IMG/VR virus record: IMGVR_UViG_3300045971_000577
Coordinates: 248,001-312,000 of that record
DNA: 64,000 bases
Direction: 5' to 3' (one strand)
A program made the position numbers and the translations under genes. Below the pieces are notes generated by a model that was not told the origin of the DNA, made no database searches, and saw nothing but the letters and a program-made list of their open reading frames with translations. Numbering within the stretch: the first letter of the stretch is position 1; each line of letters begins with the position of its first letter. This document shows, one piece after another, positions 42,786-53,550 of the stretch.

Positions 42786-43232
42786 ATGAAAGAATACGAA
42801 TTCAACTCACATAGCATAGGGGATTCTTTATTGTTCGAAATGCATAAAGAATTAGAACTACGAGGCCTATTAGAAAATCAGCAAAATGTGCAAGATTATA
42901 CTACCTTTATGGCTAATGAAAAGACACAAACTGTCGATATATCTAATCTAGTAAAAGGACATGTATACTTCCCGATAGGATTGCAAGCAGTACCCGTAGG
43001 CGAAATTATACTACTGAAATATGCAGAATATCCGTCCGAATATATTGATAATAAAAATGGCAAATTTTATTTCAAGTCAAATAATAATATAATCGATTTT
43101 CCTCTATCGCGGGATATAGGTGACGGCTTTCTTGAAACACTCATATACACCTCGCAAAGTGATCAGAAACATTTTATATCAATGATAGGTCTAAAATTTT
43201 CAACATGGTCCATAAGACCTAAAAAGGTATAA
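42786..43232 (+). CDS. Hypothetical protein
   Basis: ORF track; ATG after the gp14-like stop (start approximate). Confidence 0.6.
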   Translation: MKEYEFNSHSIGDSLLFEMHKELELRGLLENQQNVQDYTTFMANEKTQTVDISNLVKGHVYFPIGLQAVPVGEIILLKYAEYPSEYIDNKNGKFYFKSNNNIIDFPLSRDIGDGFLETLIYTSQSDQKHFISMIGLKFSTWSIRPKKV

Positions 43233-43235
43233 AAT

Positions 43236-43766
43236 ATGATAGTCTATAAACATACCTGTCTTGTTAACGGAAAACCTTATATAGGTTTAACTGTAAAATC
43301 TATGGAAGCAAGATGGCAAGAACATTGTTCTGATGCTAATCGAAATAAGAAAAGAAAATTCTTTGCCGCGTTAAATAAGTATGGCATAGAAAATTGGTCA
43401 CATGAAATTTTATTTGAATCTAATGTAGAGCAAGAAATTTTAGATAAAGAAGTAGAATTTATAGATCTGTTTGATTCTGTTAAAAATGGATATAATACGT
43501 CAAAAGAAAGATTTAGGACAGGTATAACTCATAGAGAAGATTCTATAGAAAAAATGCGAGAGTCACAGAAAGCAGCACATGCCCGACGTAGGCAAGAAAA
43601 TAACGGAATAGAAAAAACAAAGCCACACAAAAAACATGTTTGGGGCACCTCTCACCCAAGAAAAGGTAAGAGTAATCCAAATTGTGGCCCAACAACAGGA
43701 AAAATGGGATGGAAAAAAATAAATGGTGTTCGTACTTGGTTTCTAAAACAGGAGGCGACAGTTTAA
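43236..43766 (+). CDS. GIY-YIG homing endonuclease
   Basis: IVYKHTCLVNGKPYIGLT...RWQEH...KYG. Confidence 0.88.
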   Translation: MIVYKHTCLVNGKPYIGLTVKSMEARWQEHCSDANRNKKRKFFAALNKYGIENWSHEILFESNVEQEILDKEVEFIDLFDSVKNGYNTSKERFRTGITHREDSIEKMRESQKAAHARRRQENNGIEKTKPHKKHVWGTSHPRKGKSNPNCGPTTGKMGWKKINGVRTWFLKQEATV

Positions 43767-43778
43767 CGCTGTCGGACT

Positions 43779-45221
43779 ATCTCGGACTTCTTCTATGATG
43801 CTCAGGTAAGACGCTATCTTGTTCAGTTCATGCGTATATTCTCTGATATAAAAGTCAGGAATGGCCCGGATGCGAACGGACTATATTCTATTCAACGTGT
43901 GCCTATCATGTACGGTGATCCATCGTGGGTGGTTGCGCAGATTATCAAGGGCGGTAGTGAAAATACATTGCTACCTACACCTATGTTTAGTGCATGGATT
44001 GAGACTATAAAACTGGATCCAAAGCGTAGACAAGATACTCAGTTCGTAGGTAAGGTGTCTACAGTAGAACGTGAATTTGATCCGCTGACTCAGACGTACG
44101 GAAGCGGTCCAGGAGTAAGGCAAGACGTTGAACGATACATGCCTGTTCCATACGAACTAACACTGAAGCTCGATGTATGGACATCAAACATCACTACCAA
44201 GTTACAGTTATTTGAGCAGATTGGCATTATTTTCAATCCATCTATTCAACTTCAACAAAACAGTAATCTATTAGACTGGACTAGCATCTTTGAGGTATGG
44301 ATTGAAGATTATACATTCACAAGTAGATCTATTCCGCAGGGCGGAAACGAAGATAGAGATGTTATGAGTTTCAAGTTCAAGGTACCTATCTGGATCAACC
44401 CTCCAGCTAAGTTGAAGAGGAGCGGGCTCGTTGCAGAGATTGTCGCCAACGTGTTTGAGGGCAGAGTCGACGGGCTAGAAGGTGAAGAGTTTGATCCGTT
44501 CCGCACATGCATTGATGCTAAACCTATTCAGATTATTACTACAGAAGGCGATTACAAAATACAAGTGTCGCGTGGAACAGGCGGTGATATCATCACGTTG
44601 CTCAACGAATACGGTGCTGTAGATCCGGTGTTGAACTGGGAAAGCCTCATACAAAAATACGGACAGATCAACCCCGAAATCACCAAAATTCGGCTAAAGC
44701 TAGACCCTAACATCGAGTCTAGTGCTAACGACATAATCGGCAATATCGCGCTAGATTCTCTGCATAAAACCCAGCTTTTGTTCACTCCCGATCTCGATAC
44801 GTTGCCCGGAAATACATTGTCACCTATAGTGACAATTATAGATCCTGCCGAAGTATATCCCGGTCACGGATTGCCTGCGGCTGGACCTGGCCAACGATAT
44901 TTGATTACTTCGTCAGACAGTCATGGCGAGGAACCTGCAATCCCAATCGGAATACCTACATCGCCGTGGGGCACCATGCTTGTTGCATATCCAAACGATA
45001 TCATCGAGTATAACGGATCTGCCTGGAGTGTAGTATTTGATTCACGAAATGCTGTCGGTAAAAGTTATGTAGTCAATCAGAATAATGCTACACAATACAC
45101 ATTCGATGCTATTATTGGCGAGTGGACTTATACCTACTACGGGGTATATAATCAAGGTCACTGGCGTATCGACAATATAATACAGTCCCCTAATGGGACA
45201 ACTATAAGTATTTACGAATAA
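43779..45221 (+). CDS. Tail terminator / sheath stabiliser (T4 gp15-like); conserved N-terminus lacks an ATG
   Basis: DFFYDAQVRRYLVQFMRIFS lies in frame upstream of ATG 43830; VPIMYG, MPVPY, QLFEQI motifs. Confidence 0.7.
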   Translation: MSDFFYDAQVRRYLVQFMRIFSDIKVRNGPDANGLYSIQRVPIMYGDPSWVVAQIIKGGSENTLLPTPMFSAWIETIKLDPKRRQDTQFVGKVSTVEREFDPLTQTYGSGPGVRQDVERYMPVPYELTLKLDVWTSNITTKLQLFEQIGIIFNPSIQLQQNSNLLDWTSIFEVWIEDYTFTSRSIPQGGNEDRDVMSFKFKVPIWINPPAKLKRSGLVAEIVANVFEGRVDGLEGEEFDPFRTCIDAKPIQIITTEGDYKIQVSRGTGGDIITLLNEYGAVDPVLNWESLIQKYGQINPEITKIRLKLDPNIESSANDIIGNIALDSLHKTQLLFTPDLDTLPGNTLSPIVTIIDPAEVYPGHGLPAAGPGQRYLITSSDSHGEEPAIPIGIPTSPWGTMLVAYPNDIIEYNGSAWSVVFDSRNAVGKSYVVNQNNATQYTFDAIIGEWTYTYYGVYNQGHWRIDNIIQSPNGTTISIYE

Positions 45222-45955
45222 TTCTTACAATTATCGAAATGCCATCGAGGCATTACAATTCTATTTCCAGACTTACCACAGTGCGGGCAAATAATTACTG
45301 GCATAGCAATGCCTCGCTTCGATTCATACACAGTCGCCATTGTCGAAACAATTTTTCGTTTTGTCTCTTCAGATCTCGGAATACCTTTGTTAGTCGGCGC
45401 TCTACCAATATTTGCCTTGCATAAAGCTTCTCGTGTTTTATCGGGCATGGGTGGACGCGATTGACCTATCTGTGATCTTGATATTTTATTTCTGGTTTCG
45501 TCGGAGTGCTGTTTACCGGTGTGTGATATTGACATCTTTAGTTTTGTCTCGATCGAGTGCGGTGCCCTTGTCATGGCATGCCTCTTTTTTAGCCATCCAT
45601 ATAATTTATTATTACATTGTCTACCTACTTTACGCCCACTCATAATTACTACAGCCGATACCAATTTATAATTGTCGGGATACATTTTTACTAATAACTG
45701 ATGTGCTACAAAATGCTCTTCCGGAGTAAGCTCTACAATATTAGATAGATCATCATTCCCACCAATGCATCGTGGAATAATATGGTGCGATTCGGTATAG
45801 GAATCTAAAATCCTTTCTCGTGCTCTCTCAATCAATAGATCATAATGCTTTTTATAGTTCATAGTAATATTTATTATAAATAGTTTTATGACCAACAACG
45901 ACCAAATAATATCCCTGAATAAGACCGGCTGCGGAACAATATTTGTTTCGACCAA
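45212..45955 (-). CDS. HNH homing endonuclease with NUMOD3 repeats
   Basis: ESHHIIPRCIGGNDDLSNIVELTPEEHFVAH. Confidence 0.9.
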   Translation of the reverse strand: MVETNIVPQPVLFRDIIWSLLVIKLFIINITMNYKKHYDLLIERARERILDSYTESHHIIPRCIGGNDDLSNIVELTPEEHFVAHQLLVKMYPDNYKLVSAVVIMSGRKVGRQCNNKLYGWLKKRHAMTRAPHSIETKLKMSISHTGKQHSDETRNKISRSQIGQSRPPMPDKTREALCKANIGRAPTNKGIPRSEETKRKIVSTMATVYESKRGIAMPVIICPHCGKSGNRIVMPRWHFDNCKNYS

Positions 45956-46346
45956 AACTTACCGAGTTCTCCTAAACCTCAGAGCACCACATAAGACACA
46001 TTCAATGTGTTGGTCACTGTGGGGTGGAATGATTGAGGACGGGGAACAACCCAAGGATGCTCTACTTAGAGAGCTGTCTGAAGAGATGGGGTTTGTGCCG
46101 GATATTGAAAAGATCTATCCGTTTGATGTTTATCAAAGTAAAGATAAACACTTCAAATACTATTCGTTCGTGAGCATAGTTGCAGACGAATTCGTACCTG
46201 TACTAAATGCAGAGAGTTGTGGGTATTGTTGGATAGATTTGGGCTGCTGGCCGAAGCCAATGCATCAGGGTGCAAGAGTGAGCTTTTGCAATGAAAGAGC
46301 GATAGATAAAATCAGAATCATGTTATCACAGCATCCGACAGAATAG
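45888..46346 (+). CDS. Nudix hydrolase
   Basis: WGGMIEDGEQPKDALLRELSEEMG Nudix box. Confidence 0.88.
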   Translation: MTNNDQIISLNKTGCGTIFVSTKTYRVLLNLRAPHKTHSMCWSLWGGMIEDGEQPKDALLRELSEEMGFVPDIEKIYPFDVYQSKDKHFKYYSFVSIVADEFVPVLNAESCGYCWIDLGCWPKPMHQGARVSFCNERAIDKIRIMLSQHPTE

Positions 46347-47049
46347 CTTTTTCTTTATACCGGGTCTTTACCGATTCGCTAATCTTTCTTTTGGTTTCTT
46401 CTGATCGTGGTTTACCTTTTGACGGCTGCGATTTTCCCTTTTTCGCATCACTTATTTTCTTTTTTGTTTCATCACTTAGTTTTCTTCCAAGTGCGCTGGG
46501 CGGAGCGGTACCGAGTTCCCGGTGAGTTTTACCTATTTTATCTTTTTGTTCTTGTGACAACGGAATACCCTTATGCGGTGCACCCATCCGTTGTCGCTGT
46601 TCGACAGTAGGTGGATTAGCCTCTCTGTAGATTCTTACATTTTCGTTGTGAGACTCTGACCGCTGTCTACCTTTTATAGCGTCTGATATCTTCTGCCTAA
46701 CTTCCGGTCGCTTTGATGGATTATTATCTCCGACATTTCGTCCTTGCCGAACTTCTCTATTCTTTCTTTTTATCCACCCATACACTTTATTCAGTGATCT
46801 ATGTAGATGTTGATTCGATACTGTCATCAACATGCAAGCATATATTAGTTTTGGTTCGCCTGGATATATTTTCACCAAAAGTTGGTGAGCAACAAAATGT
46901 TCTTCTGGAGTCAAATCTACAAGATTGGATTTTAGATTCGAGCCTCCGATGCATTTAGGAATAATATGATGTGACTCAACATACTCTTCCGTAAGAGTTC
47001 GCTGTTGTGCCTTTTCTATTAGTCTGTTATAATGTTTTTGATAATCCAC
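46318..47049 (-). CDS. HNH homing endonuclease with NUMOD3 repeats
   Basis: ESHHIIPKCIGGSNLKSNLVDLTPEEHFVAH; paralogue of 45212-45955. Confidence 0.9.
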   Translation of the reverse strand: MDYQKHYNRLIEKAQQRTLTEEYVESHHIIPKCIGGSNLKSNLVDLTPEEHFVAHQLLVKIYPGEPKLIYACMLMTVSNQHLHRSLNKVYGWIKRKNREVRQGRNVGDNNPSKRPEVRQKISDAIKGRQRSESHNENVRIYREANPPTVEQRQRMGAPHKGIPLSQEQKDKIGKTHRELGTAPPSALGRKLSDETKKKISDAKKGKSQPSKGKPRSEETKRKISESVKTRYKEKAILSDAVIT

Positions 47050-47097
47050 GAAACATTATAACAGTGTTAGTAATCAAAATCAAGTGAAGTCAACATT

Positions 47098-47751
47098 CTA
47101 TCGACGTCTAATCTGGCAAACAACTTCAAAGTCTTCACACTGATAAAACATTTCAGGTGTGAGGTTCTTTCTCTTTGCAATCATTGCTTCAAAATGTGCA
47201 AAGTTAGTTGCATAGTCGGGATCAGCTTGTAGAGCATCTCTAACTAATTCAACACAACTCATTGCGTTGTCGTTTTTCAAATCAAAAAGATTGTCGTAAG
47301 GTTTACCTTCATTTCTTTTTGCCTCGTCAAGAATAGCAGTCCATTTCTCGATTGTTAGATTCTTTGGCTTCAACAAAACAACACTGTTTACATCGAATAC
47401 ATTGTCAAAATGTGTTTCGTGAACTCCTGTACCAACGGCTTCAACGAAAATAAAATCATCATCTGTCTTTACTTCATCTTCGAGGTTCATAAAAGCATGA
47501 CCCCAATAACTAAATTTACCAGTTAGAACAAAGTTAGCAAAAGAAATCATATATGTCGAAAAATGATTATTACGACGAGTTAGAATAACATAGTAATCGA
47601 AAACAAGTAGTTCTCGTATGCGTTGTTTTTCAGAGTCGATAATCAAGTTCTTTGGAGACCAATGCATTTTACCTAATGTTACAACAACACTAACCCAGGC
47701 TCTCTGAAAAATGTTCATGATACTACTCTCCGTATATTTTAGGCCATCCAC
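47098..47751 (-). CDS. Permuted papain-like amidase (YiiX/YebB, NlpC/P60 superfamily)
   Basis: WGHAFM...GKPYDNLF...MSCVELV. Confidence 0.7.
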   Translation of the reverse strand: MDGLKYTESSIMNIFQRAWVSVVVTLGKMHWSPKNLIIDSEKQRIRELLVFDYYVILTRRNNHFSTYMISFANFVLTGKFSYWGHAFMNLEDEVKTDDDFIFVEAVGTGVHETHFDNVFDVNSVVLLKPKNLTIEKWTAILDEAKRNEGKPYDNLFDLKNDNAMSCVELVRDALQADPDYATNFAHFEAMIAKRKNLTPEMFYQCEDFEVVCQIRRR

Positions 47752-48235
47752 TTAGATAGTCATAGTTTAGCAGATCATTGCCCGACAATTGAAGCATTGC
47801 TGCCTTCTTTGCTTCTGCCGTAGCAAAGATTGTCATATCCGAAACCATTGCTGACTGGAAAATTTGCATAGCAAGTGTCGGGGTCATTTGTACGAAGTCT
47901 CCCGACATTGTTTTCCACATCACATTATTAGGCATGTTCGCACCTAACATTACAAGACCAATTTGCTGAATACGCGACGTATCGTCGGAGTGATACCAGT
48001 TTCCACCTGCTTTATATCCGCCGGCGGTTTTTCTACGATCGCGTTCGGCTTTTATTTTGGTCCATCCACATTCTTTAATCTTTGCTGCAATCCATGCGTC
48101 AAGGACTTCCTTTGGAGGAATTGCATCACCTTGATCATAGATGATATTTTCATATACCGTACCATCATCGAAACAATGACATTGAGTGTTGGGGAATCCT
48201 TCCCCGATAGCAGCTATATATGTATAGACAGTCAT
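47723..48235 (-). CDS. Tail-fibre-associated protein (DUF4376-like)
   Basis: IKAERDRR...WYHSDDTSRIQ...WKTMSG pattern. Confidence 0.65.
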   Translation of the reverse strand: MTVYTYIAAIGEGFPNTQCHCFDDGTVYENIIYDQGDAIPPKEVLDAWIAAKIKECGWTKIKAERDRRKTAGGYKAGGNWYHSDDTSRIQQIGLVMLGANMPNNVMWKTMSGDFVQMTPTLAMQIFQSAMVSDMTIFATAEAKKAAMLQLSGNDLLNYDYLSGWPKIYGE

Positions 48236-48245
48236 TCTTATTTCC

Positions 48246-48998
48246 TTATAGTATTTCAGTAATAATGTAGTCGGTGACTAGGGCGCCGCCGAACAATGCC
48301 GTAGCATGTGAGTTGATATAACAAGTGGATGTCGCCATTGGCCCGCATCTTGCCGAAATAGTTATTGCAGCAGTCGAACCTGGAGCCCAACTTACGCGAT
48401 TTGATAGGCTATAAAGCACACCAGTTGTGCCAGTTGAAGTTGCACATCTCGTTACACAGCCACTCATATTTGTTGTTCCAGCGAACACAAAGGTAGCCAC
48501 TGTAATGTTGTTAGTGGAGCATCCGACGCTAATGCTGTACGAAACTACAATTCGCGATGATGCAGATAGTGGGGTAAACGATGTGGTAAAAATCTGTACA
48601 CCTTCTGTACTGGTAGGAATAGTGTTGTCCAACGGAATGACAGCAGTCGTGCTCACCGCGCTGACTGTTCCTGTAACCATCTGCAATACGCGGCCGGGTG
48701 GCAACCATGTTGCACCAGCATAATATTCTGGATAGCCAGTTGTGGTGTTAAATCGAATATCTCCATTTCCACCTGTTGGTCTATCAGCAGTTGCGCCGGA
48801 CGGTATTCTCATTCTTTGCAATCCAGGAATGATCGGATCATTTGCAAGAGATGCAGTATAGGATGGCAATGTGCCAGTAATATCTATTTGATTTGCCGTG
48901 CCCGAAACTGATGTCACCGCATCATTGACTGTAAGAACTAGAACCCCGTTTACATCAGGAGTATCAAGGAATGATAGACCACCAAGAACATTAGACAT
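48246..48998 (-). CDS. Virion structural protein
   Basis: RP....GDIRFNTT motif shared with neighbours. Confidence 0.65.
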   Translation of the reverse strand: MSNVLGGLSFLDTPDVNGVLVLTVNDAVTSVSGTANQIDITGTLPSYTASLANDPIIPGLQRMRIPSGATADRPTGGNGDIRFNTTTGYPEYYAGATWLPPGRVLQMVTGTVSAVSTTAVIPLDNTIPTSTEGVQIFTTSFTPLSASSRIVVSYSISVGCSTNNITVATFVFAGTTNMSGCVTRCATSTGTTGVLYSLSNRVSWAPGSTAAITISARCGPMATSTCYINSHATALFGGALVTDYIITEIL

Positions 48999-49714
48999 TA
49001 TGACTGAACCACCCGTAAGTTGGAATCTGCAAACGATCCCACATAGTTGTAGGTCATTGCAGTTCCGTTACCATTATTTACCAGATTATTGCCATTCCCG
49101 GACATATCCACTACAGATGTTACTGTTGCTCCTTGGCCGAGTTCGTCAAACTCGTATCGAGCTAACAAGCCCTGTGTTACTCCATGCCTGAAACCGGCGG
49201 CACCATACATACATGTTATCTCGCCAGGCGAAAGTTGTCTATTGTAATAGCAGTATGAGTCAACTTGAAATGCTGCTGTTTCCGATGTTGCATCTCCCGG
49301 TGGGTATCCGTTAATGTAAACCTGCGTAAATGTACCTGCTATCTGTGCTGCTACTGCGGTGTTCAGTAAGGTATCATTTCTGTAGACGGAGTGCGTTGTT
49401 CCATCATAGGTATAAGTCATCATAACCCAAGTATTATTGTACGGAGTCATAACACCGTTGGCGCTAGCGACCATTATTCCGCCGCCATAGGTCCAGCATG
49501 TCACTTCGCCCGCGCCATTACCTGTACCAATTTGTAAACCTGTTGTAGTTCCAGAAGTAATAGTGCCATCGTACATGCCCACGAAGCTAAGACGTGTGCC
49601 ACCGTTCCATACTACATTTATCCATACGCTAATAGAAAATGGTGCAGTTGATGCAGTAAAATTGGTGCTGGTGCTATAAAGATGTCTATTTACAGCAGCG
49701 GTTTGAATTGACAT
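48998..49714 (-). CDS. LamG-like structural protein
   Basis: FSISVWIN...YNRQLSPGEI. Confidence 0.7.
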   Translation of the reverse strand: MSIQTAAVNRHLYSTSTNFTASTAPFSISVWINVVWNGGTRLSFVGMYDGTITSGTTTGLQIGTGNGAGEVTCWTYGGGIMVASANGVMTPYNNTWVMMTYTYDGTTHSVYRNDTLLNTAVAAQIAGTFTQVYINGYPPGDATSETAAFQVDSYCYYNRQLSPGEITCMYGAAGFRHGVTQGLLARYEFDELGQGATVTSVVDMSGNGNNLVNNGNGTAMTYNYVGSFADSNLRVVQS

Positions 49715-50883
49715 TATACGAACTCCAGTGTCAACTCCGCCATATAGAAAAACGAAGCTAAATTAGTACCAGTGACACCAGTAACACGACGAGTAACTTC
49801 GAGTTGATACATATTACCCGCAGTCAATCCCAACGTTGCTAATGTAACTGTCTGCGACGAATATTGGAAGTTTGCGTTCGTAGGAATTGCGATGTTAGCT
49901 AGTTCCTGTGCTGCCGACCAAGTGCTTACTGCTGCGTTGTTAGGTAGATTGCGATAATATAATCTTGGCTGAACTACTGATGCTGCACCAGGTGCAGTCT
50001 GCGCTCTTCCTTTGATCTTTATGGTTACAGATGTGGCGCCTGTAGGTATTGACACAACACATGCCACACCGGTTTCAGTTGTATTACTGAATGATCTGAT
50101 ATTCAACGAAGTATAGGTAGGATCTGTTGCAACAGGAGCCAATGCGTTGATTGCGAAGTCAGCATTACTCGGTGTATCAAGGGAGTTGGCAAAATATGTA
50201 AAACGCTGAAGAACTGTAGAACCAATTGCTATATTCGACTGTCCTCCACCAGCATCGGTAACTGTTACAGATCCGGTAAAGTTTAGAACAGACACACCGG
50301 AAGTAACAGTCGTTCCGTTTAGTTTTGTATCTACTGCGCCATTTGCGATTGCAGCGGCATTTGCCATTGCAACCATTTTTAGTGTTTTGGTATTACCTGT
50401 GACAGTAATACGAAGAGTGGTTGTACTTGTGGTTACGACACTCTGTGGAATAACAATAGAATTGTCAGCAGTATCCCATACCGTAACTGTTAGATTTGTT
50501 GTACCAATGTTGTGAACAAAGTCAGCATAGTATCTGTTACCGGAGATAAGTGTCCACGATGTACCACCACCAGTCGGTGTTACGCCAATATTACCAGATG
50601 CATTAGCACCAAGAATGCTTGTGTTTACCCAATTTGTGCCATTGTACGAAACAACCTGATTTGTTACAGGAGATGTAACAACAACTGGTAGAAAGTTTAC
50701 CCAAGAAGATCCAACGTAAAACTCGATTATCGAATCGGTTGTGTTATATCTTAGAAGTCCGGTAGTAGGAGTTGGCCGTTGGGCAGTTGTACCCACAGGT
50801 ACAAGAACACCGCCCGTACCACCTATTGTGAGGTATGGCAAAAGAAGCGGCGTTATAGTATCAGAGCTGATGTCAAAATCCAT
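49714..50883 (-). CDS. Virion structural protein (MDFD- family)
   Basis: Shared N-terminus with the next two genes. Confidence 0.7.
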   Translation of the reverse strand: MDFDISSDTITPLLLPYLTIGGTGGVLVPVGTTAQRPTPTTGLLRYNTTDSIIEFYVGSSWVNFLPVVVTSPVTNQVVSYNGTNWVNTSILGANASGNIGVTPTGGGTSWTLISGNRYYADFVHNIGTTNLTVTVWDTADNSIVIPQSVVTTSTTTLRITVTGNTKTLKMVAMANAAAIANGAVDTKLNGTTVTSGVSVLNFTGSVTVTDAGGGQSNIAIGSTVLQRFTYFANSLDTPSNADFAINALAPVATDPTYTSLNIRSFSNTTETGVACVVSIPTGATSVTIKIKGRAQTAPGAASVVQPRLYYRNLPNNAAVSTWSAAQELANIAIPTNANFQYSSQTVTLATLGLTAGNMYQLEVTRRVTGVTGTNLASFFYMAELTLEFV

Positions 50884-50953
50884 TGAAGTTCCTTGTATAA
50901 CCCACTATTTATCATCGAAATAGCCAGCCTGTAGACTGGCTATTTACTAGACT

Positions 50954-53536
50954 TTAGTTAGTTACTTGAGTCAACTCAACAGTGGCAACCCAACGGATTG
51001 TTTTGGCTGCCTGACCTGTTACTGTGATGTTCAACGAGCCGTTTGTTGTATCAGCCGCAACGGTAGCATTCCATGCAGCGTCAGACTTGAACACTGTTGT
51101 TCTCGACGATGCTGGCAAAACTGTCGATGCTGCGTTGGCGTCACGAACAATAGCGCCGTTGAATGTATACATTGCATATCCACCTGTAGCATCTGTTCTG
51201 CGGCCAACAAGCTGGATATTGAATGTCCAGGCTGAATTGTTTGGAAGAGCAAGACGCTGTGTAGCACCGTCAATAAAGAGCTGAGTTGCTGTTGCGGTTG
51301 TTGTGCTGTTTCTAAGGACTACACGAACTTGTTGAGCATCACCAGCTGTTGCAAAACTTCCGTTTGCTGTAGCAATAATACTTGCTGCGTTGGCAGAAGA
51401 TCCTGCACCAATAGCAATAGCGTTTGCTGCTGTCGACGATGCACCAGAACCAATCGCAACAGAGTTGTTACCAGACGCAACAAGTGCTACCGGGCTCGAT
51501 GGATTTTCCTTGAACAATACGATTGGGAGATCAGCATAAGCAAGTGTACGGAACGATGGTGCACCAGCAGAACCGTTAGGTGCTGCGAATACAGTATTCG
51601 CTGTCTGGCTTGCCAATGTTGCTGTCAATGTACCAGTTGTTGTTACTGGAGAACCTGTAACAGTGAACATAGCTGGTAGCGACAAACCAACGCTTGTAAC
51701 ACCGGTGTTGTTCAATGTAATCGAACCTGCGGCGTTTGTAATGCTCATTCCTGTACCAGCAGTCAATGTTGCTGCTACTGGTGCTGCGCCAGTCGAACCA
51801 ATTAGGATCTGACCGTTTGTTGGTGCTGCGGTAGTTGTTAGAAGACCAGCTGTACCAGAATACAAGAAACTGTTTGCTGTCAATCCAGAAACTGTCAAGC
51901 TTGTTCCGATTGTAACTGCTGCTGGAAGACCTAGTGTGACTGCGCCAGTTGCTGCCGAAACAGTAACTTGGTTTGCAGTACCTGCAAGCGATGTAACACC
52001 AGTGTTGGCGATTGTAACTGTACCGACACCTTGTGTAACAGAAATTGCTGTACCTGCTGTAACTGTCTTATATTCAAGTCCAGTTGCGCCTGCGTTTACA
52101 CCAAGAATCTGGTTAGCTGTACCAAGTGCCGAAAGGTTTGTACCACCGTTTGCAACTGGAAGAATGCCAGTTACGTGAGTTGTCAATCCAACCTTGCCCC
52201 AGCTTGGTGCTGTATTTACGCCACCGGAAATCAATACGTTGCCAGTTGCAACGTCTGCTAGCTTCGAAAGAGCAGATGTCGAACTTGCGTAAAGAATATC
52301 ACCAATTGCGTAAGTTGTCTGACCAGTGCCACCTAGTGTTGCTGCAACAGGAGATGTTAGCGAGAAAGAGTTACCTGTAAGTGTTAGACCTGTACCGGCA
52401 GTATATGATCCAGAACCGGAGAACTGAGCCCAAACAATATTTGATGACCCGATTGTGATTGGTGCTGCTGTTGTTTGTGTCCAACCCGAATCTGCTTGTG
52501 TGGAACCTTGGTCAACGTAAACTGTTGCACCAACTAGCTCTGTACCAACGTCTGCGTCTGTTGCGCGAGTTGGTGTACCTGCTGTAACGATATAGATACC
52601 GTTTTCAGTTTGTGCTGCTTGGTTCTTGATAAGGATACGATCACCAGTTGTAAGTGTGATACCGTCAACTGAAGAGCCGTTTGTGAACGATGTTGCAAGA
52701 GTACCAGCTACTGTGGTTGCTACGCGAACTGCTTGCTTCCACGATAGACCTGCAACAGAAGCGTCAACGTAGTTCTTGTTGGCTGCATCTGTACCTGCTG
52801 TAGGAAGTGGAAGACCAGTAACTGTGAAACCACCAGTCATTGTCAAGTTGCCTGACATTGAATCGCCAGCCTTGTTTACAGGCGTGTAACCAAGTGCGGT
52901 AGTGATATCAGACGTTGTAACTGCTGATGTAGCTGTTACCAAACCCTTACCGTTTACTGTAATCTTACGGAATGTGTCAGACTGCGGCGAAGCGTTAACT
53001 GTTGCCAAAGTAAGTGCAATACCTGCGCCAGACGATGTACCTGTTGCGTCACCGGTGGCTGCCAAGTTTGTTGCCGCGGTGACAAGACCTTTGGCATTCA
53101 CTGTCTGAACTGCAAATTGTCCAACGTTCGAGTTAACTGTTGCAAGAGTGGTTGCAGCACCAGACGATGTAATGTCGCCTGTTAGGTTACCTGCTGCTGT
53201 TACCAATCCCTTGCCGTTTACAGTCACGGAAGCAAATGTGCCAACGTTTGAGTTAACGGTTGCAAGTGTTGTTCCGATTGTGCCTGCGCCAGAGCCAGTA
53301 ACGTCACCGGTTAGGGTGATTGTTGTTGTGCCTGTTGCAATAGTTGTCCATGCACCTGCGATATAACCTTCGACATTGCTGATGTCGGTGTTGTAACGTA
53401 GAGCACCGTTTGAAAGACCAGTCACTGGTCTTTCAAGTGTTGTACCTAGTGGTAGCTCGAATCCGCCTGACCCACCAACTGTCAATAAGTTGGTAAGCTC
53501 CGGCGTGATCGTCTCGGTGGAATAGTCAAAATCCAT
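50954..53536 (-). CDS. Fibre-like structural protein (860 aa)
   Basis: ATVNS..VTVNGKGLVT repeats; C-terminal IRWVA..E..EVTN domain. Confidence 0.75.
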   Translation of the reverse strand: MDFDYSTETITPELTNLLTVGGSGGFELPLGTTLERPVTGLSNGALRYNTDISNVEGYIAGAWTTIATGTTTITLTGDVTGSGAGTIGTTLATVNSNVGTFASVTVNGKGLVTAAGNLTGDITSSGAATTLATVNSNVGQFAVQTVNAKGLVTAATNLAATGDATGTSSGAGIALTLATVNASPQSDTFRKITVNGKGLVTATSAVTTSDITTALGYTPVNKAGDSMSGNLTMTGGFTVTGLPLPTAGTDAANKNYVDASVAGLSWKQAVRVATTVAGTLATSFTNGSSVDGITLTTGDRILIKNQAAQTENGIYIVTAGTPTRATDADVGTELVGATVYVDQGSTQADSGWTQTTAAPITIGSSNIVWAQFSGSGSYTAGTGLTLTGNSFSLTSPVAATLGGTGQTTYAIGDILYASSTSALSKLADVATGNVLISGGVNTAPSWGKVGLTTHVTGILPVANGGTNLSALGTANQILGVNAGATGLEYKTVTAGTAISVTQGVGTVTIANTGVTSLAGTANQVTVSAATGAVTLGLPAAVTIGTSLTVSGLTANSFLYSGTAGLLTTTAAPTNGQILIGSTGAAPVAATLTAGTGMSITNAAGSITLNNTGVTSVGLSLPAMFTVTGSPVTTTGTLTATLASQTANTVFAAPNGSAGAPSFRTLAYADLPIVLFKENPSSPVALVASGNNSVAIGSGASSTAANAIAIGAGSSANAASIIATANGSFATAGDAQQVRVVLRNSTTTATATQLFIDGATQRLALPNNSAWTFNIQLVGRRTDATGGYAMYTFNGAIVRDANAASTVLPASSRTTVFKSDAAWNATVAADTTNGSLNITVTGQAAKTIRWVATVELTQVTN

Positions 53537-53550
53537 TTTTATGGTTCCCT

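Noticed and set aside
42782-43790. Group I intron explaining the missing gp15-like start codon
   Set aside because: No P/Q/R/S core on the coding strand, and no U-exon/terminal-G splice junction that rebuilds ATG GAC in frame.
43756-43823. Gene-60-style ribosomal hop from GTT before the TAA to the next in-frame GTT
   Set aside because: Landing there would skip the conserved FFYD...RRY segment that needs explaining.
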